DNA from: Podarcis bocagei | Taxonomy: Eukaryota | Direction: 5' to 3' (one strand) | NCBI GenBank assembly: GCA_964188305.1 | Contig: OZ076896.1 | Length of the DNA: 64,000 nucleotides | Shown here: positions 13,001 through 25,000 of the stretch, in pieces | How the letters are laid out: each line of letters begins with the position of its first letter | Numbering within the stretch: the stretch's first letter is position 1 | Position numbers and translations under genes: made by a program | The notes under the pieces: generated by a model | What the model was told of the DNA's origin: nothing | Seen by the model: only the letters and a program-made list of their open reading frames with translations | Databases searched by the model: none

Positions 13001-16000
13001 GGCATGACCAAACCGCTTCTGGTGCAACGGAACACCATGACGGAAGCCAGAGCGCACGGAAACACCATTTACCTTCCCACCACAGTGGTACCTATTTATC
13101 AACTTGCACTAGTGTGCTTTCGAACTGCTAGGTTGGCAAGAGCTGGAACAGAGCAACGGGAGCTCACCCTATCATGGGGATTCAAACCGCTGACCTTCTG
13201 ATCGGCAAGCCCAAGAGGCTCAGTGGTTTATACCACAGCGCCACCCATGTCCCGTGTGGGGAGTGTAGAAGCAATGTGACTCACACCCTCCCGAGACACA
13301 CCCCTCACCAACCCTGCCTTGCACCCTGCTTGAGTTTCTTTGCCCTGAACTCTAATAATGGCTCTGGATGGAGGATAGAAGGGGAAGTGTGGCTGTGGAC
13401 TCAGGTGAATTTTGTCTCTGGACATGCCCACCATTGACATTTCGCCCCCGGGGTTCTACCTAGAAGGGAATGTTACTCTCAGTCTGAAAAAAGTTCCCCC
13501 ACCCCTCATCTATAGCAGAGTCACCACCTTGGGCCAAAGATTGTGGGGGGCTCAGTGGCCCAGTGTGCACATGGTGGTGAAAGGAGGTACATTGTTGGTA
13601 GGAGGCCTTGCTCAGTGCCATGCAACTTCAATGTCCATGGCTCCTCTTCTCTCATGCTCAGGAGGAGCCTGCCTTTCATGCTTCGCCATGCTCAGCTTGG
13701 CTAAGGAATATTGAGGGGGGCTGGCAACACCACTGCCCCCTAGAGTTGGCACACCTGATCTATAGGAAGCTGTTGGGAGTGGTGATTAGAAGATTCACAA
13801 CATGGTGTCGCCAGTGGGCTGATGATACCTAGCTCTGGTTCTCTGTTACAGCTGAATTGAGTATGGTGGGGCAAGTCCTAAGCTCGTGCCTAAACAGGGT
13901 GGTGGGCTAGATGACGGCCAATAAGCCCAATCTTTAGATGGAAGATCTGTGGGCGAGTGATTCCTGGGTGTACGTGCCTCTTCTGGGCTGGGTTGCAATC
14001 TCTCTGAAAGAATAGATGCACAGTCTAGGGGTAGTCCTTGATCCATCTTTATCTGTGGTGACCTTAGTGGCTAAGAGTCCCATAACATTGGCTGCTATGC
14101 CATTATAGCTTCAGGGAATCATTCATTGGTAACCTTGGGATTGGACTATTGTAATGTGACACCCTACAACTCCCATAATTCCTGACCATTTGAATATGCT
14201 GTCTGGGGCTGATGGGAGCTAGAGTCCCCATCAATGGTCCAAACAGTGCTAGTGATTCTGCATACAAAATGGGACAGTGGGTCTTATTTGAGATTAATTA
14301 TGCCACACTAAAAGGATCTGACCTTGTTTATGTAGTCTTAGACATGCAGCAAAATGCTTATGCTTCTCTCTAATGGCTCATTTGCATTTTTGAATATTTT
14401 GCAACTTTTGTGTTGCACAGCTGGACTGGGGGAGGCCTGGAATGGATCTGCATTTCTGCTTTTTCTCTGGCCGGATTCCTCCACCTCTGCCATCACCACC
14501 ACCACAGAGTTTACAACAGATGGTGGATGAGAGCAGACAATATAATGTTGTAATGACTCAGATATGAGAAATCATCATGTCTCAAGTAAAGCAGACCTTG
14601 TGCTTTTTTCCCTTTCCGTTTTTTACAGAGCACAGTCCTCTATTTGGTGGGCTGTCCTGTCCAATATTAGGAATCATCAAAGGGGAGCTTGTACAGCAGA
14701 CTAACAGAGTCTGTGACTGCATAACACCTGGTCATAGTCTTTGTTGTCATGCTGCTATATAGATTTAATTACAGTTATTATTTCTACATTTATATCTATA
14801 GATATAAATTAGCATGTGCTTCTTTTCTGCAGATCGGTACCATCTTTTATTGTGTATTTGTGATGCATTTCCTTATTTTTTGCAATACAAGCCCTTCGCT
14901 GAAATTTAGGGAGGGCCTGCTTTGACAAAATTTGTTTGCTCTTACGATCAACAATCTGGTGTGAAAAGTAGATTGTGCTGAGACTGTTCCTGTTTCAGAT
15001 GGTAAGATTGTCAGTGATGCTTCACAACAGAAGTAAGAAAAAATGAGTGTAGTAAGAAAATAGTCCAGTAAATGCAGGGTTGAAACTGAGTCTAAGAGGT
15101 CTGGGGTATAAGTTGGACAGACTCATTGCGTAGATTTGGTGAGCTATTTCCTTTCATCAGCCTGTTCCACTGGCTTGGTTCAGGTATAGCACAAAGCCAT
15201 GGTTTGTTTGAACCTAAGACTGCCCACAAACTGTGGTTGACAAATATTGATTTAGAATTGCAATTGGAGCCTGGTTTGAAAAACCACCATTTTACAAGCT
15301 GATCTGCACACTACTCTTTGCTGTTGTGCCTGAATTCAAGCACCATTGACCAACCACAGTTAAAGTCATTACTGCACCGTAAGAGGCTGCTGTGCTGGGG
15401 AGATGGAAGTGAACTTATGAAGCTGAGCCTTGAGCAAATGAGAAACAAAAGCTGACAAGTAGCTTAAGATTGTTGTTTGCCTGCTGTGCACATGGAAGCT
15501 AAAACCATGGAGTAGGTTCTTTAGTATGCTTAGCACAAACCATGCGTTCCATTTTGCATTACATCTGAACTCATCCACAGTCTCTTTAGGGAGTGATCTA
15601 AACCAGTGTTTCCCAACCACTGTTCTGCGGCACACTAGTGTGCCGCGAGATGTTGTCTGGTGTGCCGCGGGAAAAATTAAAAAATTCGAAAGATTTTTTT
15701 TTTAAAAAAGTCAAATTTTCGATTGGGGCGCCGTCACTAGATGACCCCTGGGGTTCCCTCCCTCCCTCCCGCTCTGTGCCTCCCTCCTCCTCCTCCTCCG
15801 GGGAGGCCCTTCCTGGCTCTCGGCCAAGGCTTGGCGGCTGCCACTCACTCACTCGCTCGCCCACCCGTCCCTCCATCCCTGCACCCGGCCTCTCCCCCTC
15901 CGTCCCCGGCGCGGGGGCTGCCGGGATCCGTAGTCCCCTCGCCCTTGGGCTCCGCGCCCGCGCGGGGTGCACGAACTACGTTTCCCAGCGTGGCCTGGCG

Positions 16001-19000
16001 GGCCGGGCGTTTTGTTTGAAGCGCTCTTCTCCCGGCCATGGAATGAGCGCAGCGGCGGCGGCCGGGCAGGCAGGGGCTCTTCCGCGCAGACCCCGCGCAG
16101 CCTGCCTGCGCCCCCGCGGAGATCGGGCGGCAGGATGGAGCCCGGGGATCCCCGCGGAGGCGGAGCGGCGGCAGCGGAGGCTGCCCCCCAGGTAGGGCTG
16201 CGTCGGGGGGGTTTATTTTTGCAATGCTGCATCCGCGCCGGAGGGGACGCATCGGACCGCGGGGAGACCCCTTGGCGGGCGTGCAAGGCAATGCCTGCGT
16301 GCAGGCTTTGCATGGAGTGCAGTGCAATGCAATGGCAACGCGGCGCCCTGCATGCATGCATGCAACTTCCACCGGCGCTCCGGACTTGGCAGGTGAGGGG
16401 GGTCCCCAGTGGGCGGCAGAGAGAGACGGGAGGGCGAAGGGGAGCCGGGGGGGGAGCAGCGCTGCTCCCCGAGCCGAGCCCAGGGGGAAACTTCGGCGTC
16501 GTTGCGCCGGGTGTTGGAAGCGGAGGCTGGAGGGGGCCCCTCACCTGCAAAACCTGGTCGCCTCTCATATATTTCGTGCATTGCATTCATCGCCCGCTTT
16601 CTCCTCCAAGGAGCTCCCGGGGGCGCGCGTGGTTCTCCCCGTGTTATCCTCGCAACAACAGCCCTGCGAGGTGGGTCAGGCGAGTGGCCCAATGGAGCAC
16701 CAAGGGATTGTCCTGGCCAGGTGGGGTGATTTGAACCCTGCTCTCTGCCCGGTCTTCGTCCTCATTTAGCCCCCACATGTGCATGACTGTGCATGACTGA
16801 GGTTTTCCCCCCTCGTCTTGGCTATGGTGTGAGTCTGTGCTGTTAATTAATGGGGTTCTGCCTTCGGAGAAGATGAGCCAGCCCTCAAGGAGGTGATTAT
16901 GTAATTTGCTAGCAATTCATGTCCCTCCCGGCGTGACGCTGTGCGCTGACGTCACGGGGCTGTAATGGTGGTGTGCCTCGAGATTTTTTTCATGAAACAA
17001 GTGTGCCTTTGCCCAAAAAAGGTTGGGAAACACTGATCTAAACTGGTGTTGGCAGTCAGCACAAAGGTCAGCACACAGCATTCCCATTGGGAAATTCTGG
17101 GAATGAGGTTGCATCAGGAAACAAAATGCATAGTTCATCAAGGGAGGAGCTTAATAGATCACACTTGCAAAGGAAAGTATGACCTAATTTTCACAGCAAT
17201 TGCTATGTAAGTATATTAGGCATGTAGTGATCACATGCTCTGAGAAGAGTCCTCTCAGAGTTAAAAGCAGAAGAGCACAAAGGTAGTCTTTACTTTTGCT
17301 GCAGGGTTTTACTTTTTCTGAAATATTGAAGTTGGTCAAAATAAAAACCACAGCCGCTGGAAATTTAGAGTAGGCTGTACAATAGGAAGTGTTAGAGGGT
17401 TGGTTCACTGCAAGCAAAGGGCTAAGACATTTTGCTGCTTGAGGCAAAGGACCAGATGGTGCAGTCCATGTACGGAAGCCAACTGGACTGGAGGGTGAAT
17501 GGTACATCAACAGGACAGTGTCCTTCGCCACACTTGAGGGCAGTAAGCTAGCTTGGGAGAAGCTCTGTCCTCCAACACTTTGTCACCACTGCCCCTCTTC
17601 CCCTACTATCTGCTACCTGAGGCAACTACCTCACTGTGCCTAAGGATAGGGCCAACTCTGTGAAAGCCCAAAATGATTCCCCTAAAAAAACACAACTAAG
17701 TCCAGCATCATAGGAAAAGAACAGGATCCTCATGTAAAAAATAAAATGTGATCCTCTTGTAAAACGTATCCAAAGCATGCAAGTATTTTCTCTTCTTTAT
17801 CTCACATTCGGGGGAGGTTAATGCATATGTTTCCTTCTAAGTAGAGCAAAAGGGATTGGGACAGCTGCAGTGAATCCCCTTGACTTTAAAGAGACGGCAT
17901 GATTATCCTCAGGGACCCTCCCAACTCTACAATTCTATGATTCTATGGAATCAGCTTCTTTTGGGGAAATCCCATAGTACCTGGCTTTACTATGCAATCT
18001 TTGCTTTTTAGATGAGAAGCAATTTGTGGAATTAAAGGGGATGTTTAGCAAAAACACCACCACCATGTCTCTTAAGCCCCCCCCCCCCACGGCTTTTCTC
18101 AAAAACTTTTTTTCTTCTTCTTCTTGTCTTCATTTCAGGATGAAGGAAAGTGCAGACCATTAGAAGTCACAAAGTTAGAAGGTGCTGAAATTGGTGTGGA
18201 CAGTACCCTGGGCAAGCCCTTTGTATTTAAGTGCATTCCTCAGACTGGAAACAGGATTTTTTACTTCTGTGCCACATCAAACCAAGAGATGAAAAGGTAC
18301 ACAATCCACTCACTACATTCCTTTCTATGTTTTCTTTCTTCCTAGTTCTGCAAAATGGATTTGCTTATTAAGGTCAATTGCATAAGCAGCAGGAGAGAAA
18401 ACATTTGCACTGAGATTTAATTAGGGTTACCACATATACAATTCTCCCCTCCCCCATCAGCATTCTGTCAGTAACTTGCATAATATGTTATTTTATTTTG
18501 CATTCCTCTGGTTTTTTGTTGTTCTTTAGCATAATCATTTAAGAAAAGCAGTCCTGGATGGACCAGACCAAAGGCCTCTCTGATACAACATTTTCCATTT
18601 ATTTATTGCATTTATATCCATCTTTCCTCCATGGGGCTTGAGCTGATGTACAGTTCAACCTCACAACAATTCTCTGAGGTAGAGGTTAGACTGCGAGTGA
18701 GTGACTGGCCCAAGGTCACCCAGAGGCCTTCATGGCCAAGTGAAGATTAGAACCCTGGTCTCCCAGGTCCTAGTCCAACACTCTAACCACTTCACCACAC
18801 TGGCTCCCTGCTTGTTTCCAACCAGCTTCCTGTGGGAAATCAGCAAGCAGGGTATGAGGTCAACAGCCTTCACTCACTGTGATTTCCCCAGCAACTGTAT
18901 TCAGCCTGCTTTCAAGATTTCCATTTGCGCATTCTCTGCATATTCTATACATACATAATTCCTTCTCCTACTAGGAGACACCAATACTGTTTTGGATATA

Positions 19001-22000
19001 GGTGGCTATGTGCATATTTGTCCTCCGACAGCAGAGGAAAAGAAGTATGGCAATGGTGGAGATGAGGAACATTTGCAAAATGTTTCTTCATACCAACCAG
19101 TATGAGGAATGCTGTGAGGGTGTTAGCACCTGTTTTTGTGAGGTACAGACTCCTGCATGTGTTTGAAATTGGCCCTGCCAATTATTTTATCGCACAGGCC
19201 TGTGTAAGTGAGTAGCTGTCTACCATTTTCCCTAAAGGGCCACAATGTTGCACTATTCCTGTCAAGCAAACCTATTCTCATCTATGGGTTTTTTTCCCTC
19301 CATAGGTGGCTGGAGGCCATGGAGAAAGCTGTGCATCCCGTTCATCAGGTAATCCTTGCCAGAGCCTTTGTTTCTGTTTGTGCATGTCTGTTTCTAATTT
19401 ACAGGCTTTACATGCTGAGGGTGACCTTAATTTGTGCATAGACTCACCAAAGTCTACGAGAGAGTACTTGACAAGGGATTAAGTCCCCCTTCTGGTCTCT
19501 CACATATGCCAATCCTAGGGCACATGCTGAGTGAGTACTTTATCTTCATGGCCCTCAGCTCTTGGCAGTCATTCATGGGGCAGGCGGAACCAACTTCAAG
19601 TGTTCTGCATGCTATTTGCAAACCAACAGGTGAGCTGCTGTGTGAAGCTGCCCTGCACTCTGGGATCTCTCTGTAATAGATCTTTCTTAGCCATAGCAAC
19701 AGCTTTGCTAAGCCATTCTTGAAAACAGAAACATTAACTCTGGTAGGGTATCCAGATTTGCAACTCCAAGCAACCCTTAACAAAGGCCCAGAATTCCTCA
19801 ATAGAAAGAATATGCTTAAGAAGGTCTAAATCAGGAACAAGAAACCTCCAGGCCTCCAGATGCAATCCCCATCATCCCTAACCATGATGGTTCAACATCA
19901 TCTGAAGGGCTACCCTGGTCTAAATGCTGCCAAAAATACTACATATATACAAGAATATTAAAGCAGTCAGAACTATGCAGGATGTAAAAATAAGTCAAAC
20001 ATTGCTAAGACCAGGGGTGAAAGGTTTCTTCGGATAATGTGGTTTTAGACCATTTCAGCCTTTTAGCAATTTTCTACTGCTTGGGAAACCCATTATTTTT
20101 TATAGATTACTACTTTGCTGCTACGCTCTGGTTAAGACATCATTTTGTTTTCTTTTTCATTTCCTTTCACATGAACAGATGCAAATACAATCACATAACA
20201 GGTCTCATTAGTAATTTTTGCTTACAGTTTATGGTTTCTCCCTTTTAAAAAAATGTAACGGAATAAGCGAATGCTAAATTACAATCCTCTTTAGCCTGAC
20301 AAGCCACCCAGAGGGTTGTTTGGTTTTTTAGGCAAAATAACAAGAACTCCCTTTTGCAATGGACAGTGGTTCTCTTTATTGCAAACTCAATGGTGCCACA
20401 CACTGAAGCGTTGGTGCTATGTCATCCTAATGAGACTGAGAGTAAAGCATCTATTCCGCATATGTGCCAAGCATCTTTTCAGTCATCTCTTTGCACTTTG
20501 CCACCGTACATCCCAGAAGGTTCACTGGCAAGGGATGGCGGGGCATGCACTTAACAGTATTTCCTGAAGTTAGCTCATCTCCTCCTCTGCAGGCTCATCA
20601 AGGCTCCAGAGGAAATAATGCAATTTAAAGGGAAATAGATCATCAACATTGTATGGCTTCTCTCCAAGGACTTCAAATGAGGAAAGACATAGGCTGCTTA
20701 CCAATTTTGCTGATAAACAAGCACATTTGCTTTAGACCACCGAGGCTCAACTCTTGAGCTTCCATCTGATGTGAAAATGAGGAGAAATGACCTGGTTTGC
20801 AGCTTGATGCTTTTCACATAGCCACACATTTGTTTGTACATGAGACCGTGGCACCCTGATTTAATTCTCAAGAGTTTTGTTATCGTTTTTAGGCCTGTTC
20901 TGCATAACTAGGCATGGATATATGCACACCTTCCACTCTAGGTAGCAGCAGGGGAATCTTTGAAAGATGTCAGGAGATAAACAATCACAATAGATCAAGC
21001 GATGGCCTTCATTCAAGCTGTTCTCTAAGTTGTACAACCTTCCAATTTCATATAAATGTCAGTAGGAGTCGTTGTTCGGTAACCTCTGCTGTGTGAGCAG
21101 ACTTCCACTCATGCAAATGATGTTACATCTCCTCCTCCTTTTCCTTGCAAACTCTCAGCCCTCTGGAGTGGATTTCAGGTGTGAAGCAGACAAAAGCAGG
21201 AAGAAGTGCAAGCAGAAGGTTATTCTGCTGATTGATGGGCACCAGTTGGATTGTCCTCTGTTTTTCTAAGAATCTTTAGAATTGTTTGTTTGCACACTCT
21301 GCTTCAGACAATGTTTAAGCAACTAGTGAACTATTTAATTTATTATCTGGAATGAGTAGATTGTATTAGCCTCAGGAACAAGTACCTCTAGCAAAGCAGT
21401 TGTCTGAGTAGTCCCATCACAGACAAGAACCACAACTTAATGTAATGCTGCTTAACCCTAACTAGAGCAGTTATATGCTGAGTTGTGTCATGGCAAGGCA
21501 TTCTGATAAGACTTCATTAGGGACAACTTAAGAGTTTTGTGGCAACTTCAAGACTAAAAAGGCTCATTAAAGGCTAAGCTTCCACAGACCAGGGCAAGGG
21601 TGGGGCCCATGTGGCCTTCCAGTTGTGGCAGGACTACAGCTACCATCATTCCTGACCATTAGACATGTTGGCTGGGGCTCATGGGAACTGGAGTCCCACA
21701 ATATCTGGACTGCTTGCAGGCTCCCCATCTCTGAATTGGAGTCTGTTCCATCAGATGCAGCATATGCTATATGTGATCATGTATTTGTTTGTGCCACAAG
21801 ATACTTAATACGTTTTGCTACAGCTGACTAACATGGCCATTCCATCTAGAAGCTAACTTCAAAGCAAGCTTCAAGCTTTGCAAATGCTAACATCTGAAAA
21901 CAGCTTCTAATGTTAGATTCCAACTGCATGCCTTTCAGACCCATATATTAAGATGAATGTCAGATGAATGTCAGTGTAATTAAAGAATGGGTTCATTTCA

Positions 22001-25000
22001 CTGCTTCAAGCATGCATTCTTTATTCTCATCCCCACCAGATGTATTTGGCCAGATACGTTGCTTAGCAAATCGTCATTTGACATATCACATGCTACATTT
22101 GAAGGCATGAGACTTGAGAAATGTGCTGATTAACGTGATATCCAAAATCACCGTGAAGCTAATAACCAAAATGAAAAATGAGCATTAAAATGGGCACAGT
22201 ATGGATTTATAGAATGCTGACAGCAGGAAATCAGAATTTAACAGGCCAGAGTATGCGCCTTATGGATTGTTGAGAGATCTGCCTGTTTCACAATACAGTG
22301 GTACCTCGAGTTAAGAACTTAATTCATTCTGGAGGTCCATTCTTAACCTGAAACTGTTCTTAAACTGAGGTACCACTTTAGCTAAATGGGGCCTCCCGCT
22401 GCCGCCGTGCGATTTCTGTTCTCATCCTGAAGCAAAGTTCTTAACCCGAAGTACTATTTCTGGGTTAGCGGAGTCTGTAACCTGAAGCGTCTGTAACCCG
22501 AGGTACCACTGTATAGACTGGACAAATTATAAGCTGACATCTTAACTTTCTAAATTCTTGCGGCTTTAAATATGCTTGGACATGTTTGTGTGCATTGAGC
22601 TCATTTAACAACAGTAAAAGTGATCTCTTTACTAACTCCAATGTGCAGAACCACGTCTGGGTAGATGTCACCATGCACAACACAAGCCTTCCACCACTTG
22701 CCATCAAAAACCCGGAGTGCCTGGGACTTCTTCACCAATTGGACAAGAACAAGGACATGTGGGTTCAACACTACTGCATTCTGAAAGATGGCTGCTTGTA
22801 TTTTTATGCCAGCATACGCTCTACACATGCCCTTGGTAGGTGCTCACCTTTCCTCCTCCTTTTTTAAAACCAAGTAGGTTTTTTTCCTATACATAATACA
22901 AAAATGCCAATAATGTAAAACAGGAAGCTTCAGTGTGGTGTAACCATTAGAGGGTTGTGCCACCTGGGAGACCAGGGTTCAAATCTCCACTCAGCCATGA
23001 AGTCGATGGGGTGACCTATGCTTTGCTAGGTCTACTTTCAGTATTCCTTTATTACATTGTTGGTGCTTTGGCCTGGCATTCCAGGGGTCCTGATTCTTAC
23101 AGTGACTTTTCAAGATACAATCACTTTATTTCGTTGTGACACTGTGCATCCTCTGCAACACAGAAATATTTGAGAAAATGTCAATAAACAGCTGACGGGC
23201 AGAGCTAGAGTTCTTGGGAGTCGGTCAAGGAGGTGTAGTGGACCTGATGTGATCTGGAGAACCTTGCTCAGGAAAAGCACCTGATCTGTTAGGTTTATGA
23301 ATGCGGGAACCTGTGACCCATTTAGCCTCATACCGGCAGTGATTTCCTCTGGGTCTCAAAAGAGATGACTTTCCCAGCCTGATTCCTGGGTTTCTTCTTC
23401 TTTTTGCTGGAGACTCTGTGGCCATCTGTGTGCATAGTGTGTCCTCTACGTTTTGCCTATTGTCCCTCTTTCTTTTTCTAGGTGGGATTTACCTGCAGGG
23501 ATACATTGTGAGTGAACAGGCCCTTGGTTCCAGGAGGTCCGTGATTGAAGTGAAGCCACCTTCGGAGGAGTTTAAAACCTTCTACTTATGTGCAGAAAGT
23601 GTGACCGAAAACAATCGGTAGATGATGTGCTCCTCTTTCCTCTGAAATTGTTTCTCTAGCCCATTTCTATCTGTCTTTTCACTACCTTTCCATAGTTGCA
23701 GACAATGAGTGAAGTAGAGAGTTTTGAGGCTTCTGAGTAATCTGAGTGCTCTGGTGGTGTTTCCTGCTTGGCAGGGGGTTGGACTCGATGGCCCTTGTAG
23801 TCTATTCCAACTCTATGATTCTATGATTCTGATTGTCTGGGCAGTGGCGTAGCGTGGGTTGTCAGCACCCGGGGCAAGGCAAGTAATTTGCGCCCCCTAA
23901 CCCGTGGATTTGCGCCCCCTAACCCTAACCCCCAGATGTTGCGCCCGGTGCGCCCGGCTCCCCCTGCACCCACCACGCTACGCCACTGTGTCTGGGTGGT
24001 TGACTACCTTTAAGTAGAACTGAAGTTTTCTATGAACAATTATGGTTCGAATAGGGACATTATTACTGTGTTTCTTTTAAAGATGCATTGAAGGAGAGGT
24101 TCAGTGGGAAACCTTGGTGGGAAGGAAACTCAAACACCTCTGGAATAAGAAAAAATGAAAATAAGTACAACTGACAAATTCAGGACATATTTATTGTGGC
24201 ATTTCTAAAATGTGCACACAAAGGGGGGGAAATGTAAACAGTGGACTTGAAAAAGCTATGAAATGCATTGTGTTATTTCTGTACAAAGCTCAAATATATA
24301 CAATATATAAACAGAACAACAAAACGGAATCTAATAGCATCTTTCTACCTTTGCTATGTTAATTTATCACCTGTAGTGGAAGAGAAACTTGAGTCTTAAA
24401 CCAATACAGTCAAATCTGCTGATAAATTCTAATTCCACCATTTCACAAGAGAGTCTTCCTTTAAAGCTGTGTGTGTGTGTGTGTTGGAAAATGGTGGCTT
24501 TAAGAGAGTAGAAGAAAATGAGTTGTGCCTTCTTAAAATCTTAAAATCCTAATGAGACGTCCATAGATATTTAAAGATATCCATACACGACAATTTCATC
24601 ACAGTAACTGAGGAAACAGAGTCACTGTGGAAGTGATCTATGCTAAGGGGAATGGTCCTTCAAACTTTTGATGCATCACATATAGGGAAGTAAGAATGTA
24701 TCATTTTCCATTCCCTCCTGTACTCATCACATACAGCATGGTTTCTATTCTACTAGAGTCAGTGGCGGAACTTCATGCTTTGACATGGGGGGTGGGGGGT
24801 GGAGAGCAGGTGGGGCGGGGCTGGTGCACCACCCACAGGGGCATGGCGCCCAGCGTGGGCGAGGGGCAGCCACGATGGCACCCCACCGGGATCGCGCTGC
24901 CAGGGGCAGTGCACTCCCCCCACACTCCTCTTCCTCTGCCAGTGACTAGAGTTTGTCTTCCACCAGAAACCTTTTCGATGAAATGAAGAGGGGAATAATG

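Larger units (their letters stand above)
15604..17035. mobile_element. Non-autonomous hAT (Charlie-like) element carrying GC-rich captured host DNA
   Basis: TIRs CAGTGTTTCCCAACC / GGTTGGGAAACACTG (15/15). 8-bp TSD ATCTAAAC at 15596-15603 and 17036-17043, fitting the Charlie NTCTARAN target. Subterminal GTGTGCC repeats. No transposase ORF. Confidence 0.93.

Noticed and set aside
15598-16769. Many long overlapping ORFs (up to 255 aa) on both strands
   Set aside because: Expected from stop-poor GC-rich DNA, with low-complexity Pro/Gly/Arg content and no transposase motifs. Only the 19-codon exon has start and splice support.
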